The position numbers and the translations under genes were made by a program. From assembly GCA_038087875.1 (NCBI GenBank), contig CM075986.1:33418001-33477559 (forward strand): a DNA stretch of 59,559 nt, in the 5' to 3' direction. Shown piece after piece: positions 11,382 through 22,289 of the stretch. The DNA is from Malacoraja senta (taxonomy: Eukaryota). Every line of letters begins with the position of its first letter. The stretch's first letter is position 1. Under the pieces are notes generated by a model. That model searched no databases, was not told the origin of the DNA, and saw only the letters and a program-made list of their open reading frames with translations.

Positions 11382-12372
11382 GTAGGCTCCTGGGATTCAC
11401 TCCACTCTCCACATTGTAAACTGTGCCACACATGGGCAGCACTGTAACATGGTGCAGTCCTGTTGTGGGCTTGTAAGTGAGTCTGGCCACAGAAATAATT
11501 GTATCTTTAACATTGCTTTAGTAACTTGAGGGCAATCCAAGCCAGTCGACAGGCCAGACACGGTGGAGATCCACGATACTCTTCTTCAAAACGGTCTTTC
11601 CCTCTGCCTTTGTACTTAATGCAAGTGGGTGCCTCAGCTGTGACAGAGTGTCCAGCAGAGCAGCTCTCTCCCCGCCCCAGCGTGGCAACAGTCAGCCTGG
11701 GCAATGTGTAGCATCCTCTGGAGCAGGCCGGCTGTAACACACAACATTCTGACAAAGCAGCAGGAGAGTTTAGTTACACCTCATGGATACAAACTGCATT
11801 TAAACAGTTGTGAGTAAATGAAAGGACACAAAGTGCTGGAGTAACTCAGCAGGTCAGGCAGCATCCCGGGAGGACATGGGGAGGTGAGGGTTCGGGTCGA
11901 GACCCTTCTTCATCCCACTCCGGACCAATTGCGACTAAATAAAATATTGCCGCTGCTTCTATTTTATAATATAAAGTGAAGAACTTTCCGCTGACTGGTT
12001 AGCACACAACAAAAGCTATTCACTGTATCTCGGTACACGTTACACTAAACTGAACTGAACATTTTGACCTCGAACATTAGCTCGATTTGCCTCTCTGGAG
12101 GGAATTTTATACATTTGATTCAGTAAATAGCTGGTAACAGGTTCAGTGATCACAAAACTGTCAAATAATGTAAAAGTCATCGTGTTGATCCACATTGTTT
12201 AGCAGGGTTTCTTTGTGGGATCAATAGGAAGCTTCATTCCTACACCAATGTAGATAAATCTCACTGATGTTGATGGGACCGACATATCATTCGGTGGAGA
12301 TGAGCACAAAATGTTTGAGTGACAAGCTGCTCCATCAGGGAACGATGACATAATAATTGTGATTTCTCCCAG

Positions 12373-12693
12373 ATGAATGTTCAGATACCCGCCCCTCGGT
12401 CACTTTAAGCAAACCTTCCTTCGAAGAGATCTGGATCAACAAGACAGCCACCATTCTGTGTAAGGTGGTGCACGGTGATTTAGAGGGATTCAGGGTAACC
12501 TGGCAAGTGAATAGAATGAAGAGAGAAGACGGGGTGACAACTCGTGGTCCAGAGAGGATCGGAGGTGCAGACACCATCACCAGCGGACTGACGGTCCCCG
12601 CTGCAGAGTGGGAGAGTGGGGCTCTGTTCACCTGTGTGGTGGAGGACAAGAGTTTGCCAACACCGGAGAGGAGATCCTTGGAGAAACCGACAG
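12373..12693 (+). CDS. IgW: IgW constant exon C5
   Basis: ctcccag acceptor; 321 nt. DECSDTRPSVTLSKPSFEEIWINKTATILC...VTW...EWESGALFTCVVEDKSLPTPERRSLEKPT. Donor G|GTACGT. Confidence 0.9.
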
Positions 12694-13094
12694 GTACGTG
12701 TGGACAGAGGTTGGTGCAAGTCTGATCTGAGCAAATGGACAGACTTATCACATCCAGCATAGAAAATAATTGCAGGAGCAGGCCATTCAGCCCATCAATC
12801 CTGCACGGACATTCAATATGAGCACGGCTGATCATCCATATTCAGTACTCGCTTCCTGCATTCTCTCCATATCCCTTGATCCCTTTACCCTAAGAACTGG
12901 ATCCAACTCATTCTTGCATATATTTAATAATTGGGCTTCAGTGCTGTCTGTGGCAGAGAATGCCCAGGTTCACCACTGTCTGGGTGAAGACATTTCTCCC
13001 CCCTCTCACACCTACACACCGTCACCTCAGACTGTCATCTCCTGGCCTGGATTCCCCAATATCAGAAACATTCTTCCTCTGCCTCACCTGTTTA

Positions 13095-14290
13095 TAGAAA
13101 CATAGAAAATAGGTGCAGGAGTAGCCATTTGGCCCTTCGAGCCAGCACCGCCATTCATTGTGATCATGGCTGTTTGTCCCCAATCAATAACCCGTGCCTG
13201 CCTTCTCCCCATATCACTTGATTCCACTAGCCCCTAGAGCTCTATCTAACTCTCTCTTAAATCCATCCAGTGTTTTGGTCTCCACTGCCCTCTGTGGCAA
13301 GGAATTCCACAAGTTCACAACTTTCTGGGGGGAAAAGTTTTTTCTCACTTCAGTCTTAAATGGCGTCCCCTTTATTTCTAAGACTGTGACCCCTGGTTCT
13401 GGACTCGCCCAACATTGGGAACATTTTTCCTGCATCTAGCTTGTCCAGTCCTTTTATAATTTTATATGTTTCTGTAAGATTCCCCCTCATCCTTCTAAAC
13501 TCCAGTGAATACAAGCCTAGTCGTTTCAATCTTTCCTCATATGACAGTCCTGCCATCCCAGGGATCAATCTCGTGAACCTACGCTGCACTGCCTCAATCA
13601 CAAGGATGTCCTTCCACAAATTAGGAGACCAAAACTGTATGCAATACTCCAGTGGTCTTACCAGAGCCCTATACAACTGCAGAAGAACCTCTTTACTCCT
13701 ATACTGAAATCATCTTGTTATGAAGGCCAACATTCCATTAGCTTTCTTCACTGCCTGCTGTACCTGCACGCCAACTTTCAGTGACCGGTGTACAAGGACA
13801 CCCAGGTCTCGCTGTACTTCCCCCTTACCTAACCTAACCCCATTGAGATAATAATCTTCCCCCTTGTTTTTGCCAACAAAGTGGATAACCTCACATTTAT
13901 CTATATTATACTGCATCTGCCCACTCAACCTGTCCAGGTCACCTTGCAACCTCCTAACATCCTCTTCACAGTTCACACTGCCACCCAGCTTTGTGTCATC
14001 CGCAAACTTGCTAGTGTTGCTCCTAACTCCCTCTTCCAAATCATTAATATATATGGTAAACAGTTGCGGCCCCAACACCGAGCCTTGCTGCACTCCACTC
14101 GCCACTGCCTGCCATTCTGAAAAGGACCCGTTCACTCCTACTCTTTGCTTCCTGTCTGCTAACCAATTTTTTATACACGTCAACACCCTACCCCCAATAC
14201 AATGTGCTCTGATTTTAGTCACCAGTCTCCCGTTCGGGACCTTATCAAAGGCTTTCTGAAAGTCTAGATACACTACATCCACTGGCTCCC
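13095..14290 (-). mobile_element. CR1 LINE RT and 3' end fragment
   Basis: ORFs 13710-14282 (VYLDFQKAFDKV, QGSVLGP, FADDTK) and 13356-13676. Confidence 0.9.
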
Positions 14291-14749
14291 CTTCATAAAT
14301 CTGGTTAAGAATTTAATAGTTTCTCTCAGATTCCTTTGGATTTTTCTGAACTCCAGTGGATATCTAATGGATATTGGGTGGACTTACAGATGATCAGAGA
14401 GTGTGAGGGACCAAAAGAGAATTAAACTCAGCTGATTAACCACATCATTAAAATCCCAAGTCACCACGACAGCCTCGCCCAAAACCACACGTTCCCACAG
14501 CGTGAGCTGCTTAGATAGAGTTGAGGGAGAGGGATTTGCAGCTTTCACAAGCCGAGATACAGACTGAGTCAGGACTGGAAGGGCAGGGAGCTTGAGGCAA
14601 AGACCAGCAGATCATTTAAGCAGAAGGGGAGATGGAACAGACAACACAGGACAAGGCAGGTCCAAGGACTGAGTTCCACTTTCTGTAGAGTCTCTGCATT
14701 CAGTGGTTCCTGTTGATTAACTAACCAATTTAAACTGACTGGAAGCTAT

Positions 14750-15430
14750 AGTTCAGTTTAGTTTAGAGATACAGCGCAGTAACAGGCCCTTCGGCCCACC
14801 AAGTCCGCGCCGACCAGCGATCCCAGTACACTAACACTATCCAGCACACACCAAGGACAATGTACAATTAAACCAAGCCAATTAGCCTACAAACAATAGA
14901 CAATAGACAATAGGTGCAGGAGTAGGCCATTCGGCCCTTCGAGCCAGCACCGTCATTTAATGATTCCACTATCTTTAAGAGCCCTATCTAGCTCTCTTTT
15001 AAAAGTATCCAGACAATCGGCCCTCTGAGGCAGAGAATTCCACAGACTCACAACTCTCTGTGTGAAAAAGTGTTTCCTCATCTCTGTTCAAAATGGCTTA
15101 CCCCTTATTCTTAAACTGTGGCCCCTGGTTCTGGACTCCCCCAACATCGGGAACATGTTTCCTGCCTCTAACGTGTCCACACCCTTAATAATCTTATGTT
15201 TCGATCAGATCCCCTCTCATCCTTCTAAATTCCAGAGTATACAAGCCCAGCCGCTCCCTTCTCTCAGCATATGACAGTCCTGTACAGAACATGTACATTT
15301 TTGGAGTGTGGGAGGAAACCTGAGCACCCGGAGAAAACCACACTCCATACAGGCACCACCCATAGTCGGGATCAAACTCATGTCTCTGGCATTGTAGGCA
15401 GCAATTCTATCGCTGCGCCATCATGCCGCC
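14750..15430 (-). mobile_element. tRNA-derived SINE on the minus strand, split by a CR1 3' fragment (about 14900-15280)
   Basis: Both halves are reverse-complement matches to the SINE at 30455-30760. The CR1 tail sequence lies between them. Confidence 0.6.
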
Positions 15431-15626
15431 CTGTAAAATGCACCAGAGGCATGATTTCTATTCCATACATCCCTACAATGAGCAGAAAGGAAAAGCCTTC
15501 AGTTTCAGGTGAACTGAGGTCCCTCAGGATGTAAACGGTGTCCATGTCAGTATAAGATTGGAATGTATTGGGTAAATACAGAATTACCGACAGATTCAGT
15601 CTAACTCAGGTTCTCTCTGTTCCCAG

Positions 15627-16012
15627 ATGGAGTTAAGAGACATCCTCAAGTCTACCTCCTCCCCCCTTCATTGGATGAGGTGGAGATGGATGAGACAGCC
15701 ACCTTGACGTGCCTGGTCACCAGATTCTATCCTGCAGACATCTATGTGGCCTGGATGGCCGCCGACACCCTTCTGAACACAGGGATCATGAACCATCCCG
15801 TGACCAAGGACACCAGGAAAGGGTGGAACACCATGACCAGTCAGTTGAAGGTTTCTCCAGAGGAGTGGAACAGTGGCACCACGTTCTCCTGTGTTGTGGG
15901 ACACGGGTCCATCACAACCAGCCTATTCAGAAGCATCAATAAATCTCACAACAAACCCACCCTGGTCAATGTCTCACTTGTTCTGACTGATAGCTTTAAA
16001 TCTTGTGTATAA
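15627..16012 (+). CDS. IgW: IgW constant exon C6 with contiguous secretory tailpiece (long secreted form)
   Basis: ttcccag acceptor. DGVKRHPQVYLLPPS...ATLTCLVTRFYPADIYVAW...EEWNSGTTFSCVVGH...NKPTLVNVSLVLTDSFKSCV*. The tailpiece has an NVS sequon and a penultimate Cys, as in mu tailpieces. AATAAA at 16305. Confidence 0.92.
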
Positions 16013-17029
16013 CATGATTCATTTCTCAAACACTTGTTTTGTTCATTTCTGGATTTATTAACTGACCCAGAGGATGATGGGTTAGTTCCCTAGTACATCA
16101 TCAAAATGTGAACCTTTGTAAATCATTAAAAACATAATTCCACACGAGATACAAATTAAGCCGCAGCCATGATTCACCACAAATGTCTGAGCTTCTGGAT
16201 ACATTTACAGAACTTTTTCTGCCATGCTTGATCAGATTTCAACCCTGTATGGGATCACACGAGGTATTAAATCTATGTATGTGTCAATGTACCAATACAA
16301 GTTCAATAAATGTGATGTGAAAAAGGTATTGTGTGCGTGTCCTTGACTGGTGTGTTTTGGGTAGCTTGGGATGTGAGGTGTGCACATTCTAGGAGAAGCA
16401 CATTCTGGGAGAAATAGGTGTTGTTGGATCAATGTGTCCATAACCTTCCACCATTGGGTGTTCTCACACCCACGCCTGGACCAGTTGAAGACAGAGATTG
16501 ATTGTGGTCGTTGGTCGTTAACTCCATTATCACTGTGCCATGTGACCGTCAGGGTGACACAAGGTGAACTGATGGGACCATGGTCTTTCCCAGCCCAGCT
16601 GTGACAATGTACCTGATGCAAGCTCCCACACGGCAAACCAAATCTGGCCAGATCTCCTGTGTTTAGCTGTTTGGTTTCAGGATAAATATTAGCTCAGGGC
16701 TCGGAGCAGAACTTTCGTGGTCATGTCGTGGCATTGCTGACATCTACCTGAGAAGCACCTCCTTAAAGACTCATCCCAAAGACAGCAGCTTTCATGAGGT
16801 GACATTGCTCACCACTGAGCCACACATGACATCTGAGTCTAACAAGGGGGATGGTTGTTTGAGGAGTCTCTGTCCTCAGTGGGTGTGCACTGATGATGTT
16901 GAATAAAAGAGACAACTCATCATTCGTAACTCTTCTATTCCAATGTAACAATTAAACATCTGCCTGTCGGTGCTTAAAGTAAATCTGTTCTTGAATCTGC
17001 TGCTATGTGCTTTCAAGCTTCTTGTATCT

Positions 17030-17720
17030 TCTGAAGAGGGGACAAGAGACAATGACTGGGATGTGAGGGTTCCTCGATGATGTTGGCTGCTTTCCTGAGG
17101 CAGCGTGAAGTGTTGATGGTGGAAGGAGTAATGGTCTAGGGTGGGGGATGCAATGCCCATTGTGTGGGCCGAGGGTTGTTCAGTTTAGTTTAGTTTATTG
17201 TCACGTAGACCGAGGCACAGAGAAAATGCTTTTTGTTGCGTGCTAACTAGTCAGCGGAAAGACTATATAATTACAATCAAGTCTTCCACAGTATACAGAT
17301 ACATGATAAAGGGAATAACGTTTTGTGCAAGGTAATGTCCGCTTAAACATAGTCCGAGGGTCTCCAGTGAGGTAGATGATAGCTCAGGACTGCGCTCTAG
17401 TTGGTGAGGGGATGGTTCAGATGCTTGATAACAGCTGGGAAGAAACTGTCCCTGAATCTGGAGGTGTGCGTTTTCACACTTCTATATCTTTTGCCTGATG
17501 GGAGAAGGGAGAAGGGAGAAGAGAGAGTGGCCAGGGTGCGACTGGTCCTTGATTATGCTGCTGGCCTTGCTGAGGCAGCGTGAGATGTAAATGGAGTCAG
17601 TGGAAGGGAGGTTAGTTTGTGTGATGATCTGGGCTGCAACCACAATTCGCTGCCATTTCTTGGATGGAACTCTTCCCAAACCATGCTGTGATGCAGCCTG
17701 ATAAAATGATTGCTATGGTG
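17030..17720 (-). mobile_element. Rex1/Babar-type LINE 3' fragments
   Basis: Minus-strand translation SRCLSKASSIIKDQSHPGHSLFSLLPS and SSRFKNRF matches the Rex1/Babar C-terminal pattern seen in the other copies. Confidence 0.7.
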
Positions 17721-18047
17721 CAATACATTGAATAATTTATTGAATAACAATAAAGAATTGAACAGCATGTAGTTTTATTTGTGTTAGTGTTATTGTATTT
17801 GTATAAGGGTTGTGGAGAATGTATTGTGTTTGATTATAAGAAATTAGAGTGTGCGCATAGGGTCAAACTCTGTATAGATGCTGAGTGGAATTTCAGAGCA
17901 GCAGGTAACTGGGACTGTGCTGCTCTCCTTGTGCACAAGTCAATAAGTGAGTCTGGAAAATGAATGCAAGTCGTCAGAGTCCAGTTGATCGGTGACGACA
18001 ACACCAGGCCTAGTCCGGTTTGTAAGCTTCCTATTTCTCATCTGCAG

Positions 18048-18350
18048 AATTGTCTGTCTTTCTCCAAAACCCCTCCACTGAAGAGATTTGGATCAACAAG
18101 ACCGCTACTGTGGTGTGCGTGGTAATGGGTGCTGATCTGAGCCAGGTCCAAATCTACTGGCAAGTGAGCGGAAGGGAGAGAACTACAGGGGCTGTGACTG
18201 GCCAACCGAGAGGGGAAAGGACCCAAGACAGAGTGAGCAGTAAACTCCGGAGCAGTGTGGAGGAGTGGACCAGTGGGGTGGAGGTTGTGTGCTCTGTCCA
18301 ACGATCTCCATCATCCTCACCAGTGTCAGCACGGACAGAAAGTGCCAAAG
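18048..18350 (+). CDS. IgW: IgW constant exon C7 (paralog of C3), downstream of the secretory terminal exon
   Basis: ctgcag acceptor; 303 nt, open. ELSVFLQNPSTEEIWINKTATVVC...YWQVSG...EEWTSGVEVVC...ESAK. Donor G|GTGGGC. About 58% amino-acid identity to C3 by hand alignment (59/101). Confidence 0.88.
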
Positions 18351-18396
18351 GTGGGCGAGAGATCGGCAATGATATGGCCAACATTAGTTACCATGA

Positions 18397-19950
18397 AGGG
18401 CCTGTGCCACTTACGCAACGTTTTCGGCGACTGCCGGCACCCGTCATAGGTCGTTGTAGGTCGGCGGAAATTTTCAACATTTTTAAAATTCAGTGGTGAC
18501 CAGAAACATGCTATTGTAGCGGCCTGAACGAGGTCAGTAAAAGGCCAGACGCCAGACGGGTTCAATTAGCAGACTTTAATGCTTACAACGAGAGCACACC
18601 ACACACACACCTCGAGAGCACTAAATCCAGGGTCCACTGGAAACCCCGTGGCAGACCAGTCCCCTGTCCTTCACTCGGCGAGGGGGATGATCCAAGGAGT
18701 GGCTTACCCCCCAGGGACCGCCACATGACCCCCCCCCCAAGTACCCGAGACACGAAACGGACAGGAGGCCGTACACGGCGGCCAGCGCGGGTACACACCA
18801 TGCCCTGCCCCGGAACAGGCAACTGACTAACAGGTGCATGGGACCGAGTAACCAGAGGACGTACCCTAGACAGAGGCCGCCCTCGCTTACGAGGCCGCGC
18901 TACCAACACCGGCTGATCGATATCAATATGTGCTGGCTTCAACCGCGCAACTGAAACAGTCTCATGCCGACCCCCCATGTCCAGGACGAAAGAGGATGAG
19001 CCATGTTCCAGTACCCGAAAGGGACCCTCGTACGGCCGCTGGAGAGGTGTCCGATGCGCATCCTTGCGCAGAAAAACGAACTGGCAGTCCACCAGGGCAG
19101 GCGGAACATGGGGACGGAAAGACCCATGACGAGACGTTGGCACCGGCGCCAACTTGCCCACCGTGTGCCGAAGACGTTGCAGAGCGTCCGAAGGCTGCTC
19201 CGCCTGACCACGTGCCGACGGGATGATTCCCCGGGCACCGTCAACGGAGACCCATATACCAACTCGGCGGAGGAGGAGGCCAAGTCCTCTTTGGGTGCGG
19301 TGCGGATCCCCAGCAAAACCCACGGCAGAGCGTCCACCCAGTCCGGATCCTTGAGCCGTGCCTTCAGGGCGTCCTTCTGAACCGGATGGAGGTTGTGTAT
19401 TCGGACACATACGCCAACTGCCTCTGCTGCCGGGCAGACCACGGGTCTGAAACCTTGGCGAACGCGAAGGAGAATTAAGCCGTTCCTCAAGACCCCCCCG
19501 GTAACAAACAAGTGTAGCGGCCTGAACGAGGTCAGTAAAAGGCCAGACGCCAGACGGGTTCAATTAGCAGACTTTAATGCTTACAACGAGAGCACACCAC
19601 ACACACACCTCGAGAGCACTAAATCCAGGGTCGACTGGAAACCCCGTGGCAGACCAGTCCCCTGTCCTTCACTCGGCGATGGGGATGATCCAAGGAGTGG
19701 CTTACCCCCCGGGGACCGCCACACTATGACTCTTTGGGCAACTGAGGAGATTACTCATGACCATACAGGCGACACCCTGGCGACATGTCACGGGGTGAAG
19801 CCTATATGGTCGTGAGTAGTCGCCCAAAGAGCCGTACCTTGTTCTGGTTGCCGCTGGATTTTCAACATGTTGACATTTTTCGGCGACCTGTAACGACCGA
19901 TGACGGGTGCCGGCAGTCGCCGAAAAAGTTGCGTAAGTGGGACAGGCCCT
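18397..19950. mobile_element. PIF/Harbinger-like MITE carrying a nested LTR element
   Basis: TIRs AGGGCCTGTGCCACTTACGC and GCGTAAGTGGGACAGGCCCT with a 3-bp TSD TGA on both sides. About 340 bp once the LTR element is removed, matching the 9435-9778 copy. Confidence 0.85.
18515..19723 (-). mobile_element. Internally deleted Gypsy/Ty3 LTR retrotransposon
   Basis: Two 211-bp TG...CA LTRs (18515-18725 and 19513-19723) with 3 mismatches; 4-bp TSD CTAT. A G-run polypurine tract sits next to the left LTR on the minus strand. Integrase remnants: WVDALPWVLLGIRTAPKEDL and LQRPYEGPFRVL...VSVARLKPAH. Confidence 0.9.
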
Positions 19951-19992
19951 TGAGGAAGAGGGTCTCACATCTACTTTGCTCCTCTGTTCCAG

Positions 19993-20311
19993 TTGAAACA
20001 AAAAGACCCAAGGTCAGACTGCTACCTCCAGCTCACCAAGAGAACCAAGCATAGCCACACAGCCACCCTCGAGTGTGTGCTCTCTGGTTTCTACCCGGAC
20101 CTCATAAACGTCACTTGGGAGAAAGACGGAGCCCCGATCTCCTCCACCACCAGCGCTACACCGACTGCTCTGGAGCAGGGGGGGACTTTCAGTGCCAGCC
20201 ACTTCCTGACTGTGAGTTCAGAGTATTGGAAGCAAGGCTCAGTCTTCGGCTGTACAGTGTCTCATCCCCCCTCCAACACCAGTATCAGCCGGGAAGTGAA
20301 AAGCTTTCAAG
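19993..20311 (+). pseudogene. IgW: IgW constant exon C8 (paralog of C4) with a +1 frameshift (real or assembly error)
   Basis: ttccag acceptor and G|GTACGG donor; 319 nt rather than 318. GAGAACC here versus GAGACC in C4. Removing one A gives VETKRPKVRLLPPAHQETKHSHTATLECVLSGFYPDLINVTW...FGCTVSHPPSNTSISREVKSFQ. Confidence 0.85.
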
Positions 20312-20451
20312 GTACGGTGCTGGGATTCACTCTAATGATCACATCTTTTGCCCCGTCACAAAATAGGGCCAGGCAAGTTAAGCACTGAAGGACAGGTGTT
20401 GTAGTGTGTGAGGGAGTGAGTGATAACCAAGAGGCCTGGACTAGGGTCAAG

Positions 20452-20950
20452 AAGAGTCAAGAGTGTTTTATTGTCATATGTCCCGGACGGGACAATGAAA
20501 TTCTTACTTGCTGCAGCACAACAGAATATGTGAATATGTAAACATAGTACATAACGGGGGAAGAGAAAAAAAGAAAAAGTTCAATAAATAACAAATAGTG
20601 CAAATAACAAATAATAATATTGTCTTTTGCAGTTCAGAGCTCAGAGCTTATTCATTGTTGTGTTTAATAGCCTGATGGCTGTGGGGAAGTAGCTGTTCCT
20701 GTACCTGGAAGTTACAGTTTTCAGGCTCCTGTACCTTCTTCCTGATGGCAATGGTGAAATGAGTGTGTGGCCGGGATGGTGTGGGTCCTTGATGATGTTG
20801 GCTGCCTTTTTGAGGCAGCGACTACGATAGATCCCTCCGATGGTGGGGAGGTCAAAGCCGGCGATGAACTGGGCAATGGTCACAACTTTTTGTAGTCTTT
20901 TTCGCTCCTGGACGTTCAAGTTGCCGAACCAGGCCATGATGCAACCAGGA
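20452..20950 (-). mobile_element. Rex1/Babar-type LINE 3' fragment
   Basis: ORF 20641-20988 contains CLKKAANIIKDPHHPGHTLISPLPSGRRYRSL...NSYFPTAIRLLN. Confidence 0.8.
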
Positions 20951-21389
20951 CTAGGACACAATGCAATATATTTCTGTGCTTTCACCACTTCCGTTTATTC
21001 CAAAACACCTCAGTGACCAGGACACTGAGAAGACCAAGCCTGCTGTTCTTCAAAATTAGTGTCACAGGGTCAGCCCACTCATTGTTGTCGGCCATCTGTG
21101 TGTGGCATCTCAGAATAGTTGTCTTGCTGCTAATTTGAAGAGTGTGGTCGAGTATTTGTGTTTGTACAATTGTTTGTCAACACTGGAAAAGAGGTCCATC
21201 AGAAAGTCCATTGTGTGGATGGAGCTGGGTACAAGCATGTTGGCATTGGAGTGATCATGGAGTCATAGATTTATACAGTACGGTAACAGGCCCTTCAGCT
21301 CAGCTTGCTTTTGCCAACCAAGCTGCCCGATCTACACTATTCACGTCTCCCCTTGTTTGGCCCAAATCACTAAGCATCTCACGTTCATA

Positions 21390-22030
21390 AGTGAGAGATG
21401 CAGAATTAGGCCATTTGGCCCATCAAGTCTACTCCGCCATTGAATCATGGCTGATTTATCTCTCCTTCCTAACCCCATTCTCCCCTTGACACCAATACGA
21501 ATCAAGAATCTATCTATTAAGAAGGGTCTGAAGAAGGGTTTCGGCCCGAAACGTTGCCTATTTCCTTCGCTCCATAGATGCTGCTGCACCCGCTGAGTTT
21601 CTCCAGCATTTTTGTGTACCTAAGAATCTATCTATCTCTGCTATAAAAATACCCATTGAGTGGACTTCACAGCCTTCCATGGCAATGAATTCCTCAGATT
21701 CACTACCTGTGACTAAAGAAATTCCTCCTCATCTTCCTAAAGGAACATCTTTTAATTCTGATGCTATGGTCCTAGACTCTCCCACGAGTGGAATCATCCT
21801 CTCTACATCCACTCTATCCAGGCTTTTCACTATTGGTCCTATCCATGTACCTGTCCAAATAACTTTTAAACATTGTTATAGTTTCTGCCTCAACTACCTC
21901 CTCCCGCAGCACATTCCATGTCCCCAGTGCCCTCTGTGTGAAAAAGTTGCCCCTCAGATTCCCATTAAATCTGTCCCCCCTCACCTTTACCCCATGTCTT
22001 CTGGTTCTTGATTCCCTGCTCTGGGTAAAG
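21390..22030 (-). mobile_element. CR1 3' fragments with an inserted Penelope-derived tail (about 21520-21620, + strand)
   Basis: ORF 21814-22071 contains RGNFFTQR. The tail ctgaagaagggtttcggcccgaaacgttg matches the 3' end of the Penelope element at 47461. Confidence 0.7.
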
Positions 22031-22289
22031 GAGCCTGGTTGTACATCTGTGTGTCTAACAATCTCCTGCACTCTGTCAAATATGGTTATCTCCTCTTGTG
22101 ATATTGTGCCGATGTTGTGCTTAGTTGAGCAGTTGGTACTCTTGAGGAAAGGGAATGTCTCTCCAGAAAGTCACTGCTATTCAGTGTCTTGTGCAGACTG
22201 TTGTTCCAGGGTTCACATCGGTTCACATTACTCAGCCAGGGACAGAATGTCAACTGAGACTGAAAATGGATTCCAGACCAAATCCATAT

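Noticed and set aside
16380-16604. ORF containing WINVSIT, resembling the WINKTAT of C3/C5/C7
   Set aside because: No Ig Cys/Trp spacing and no matching acceptor, so it is probably chance.
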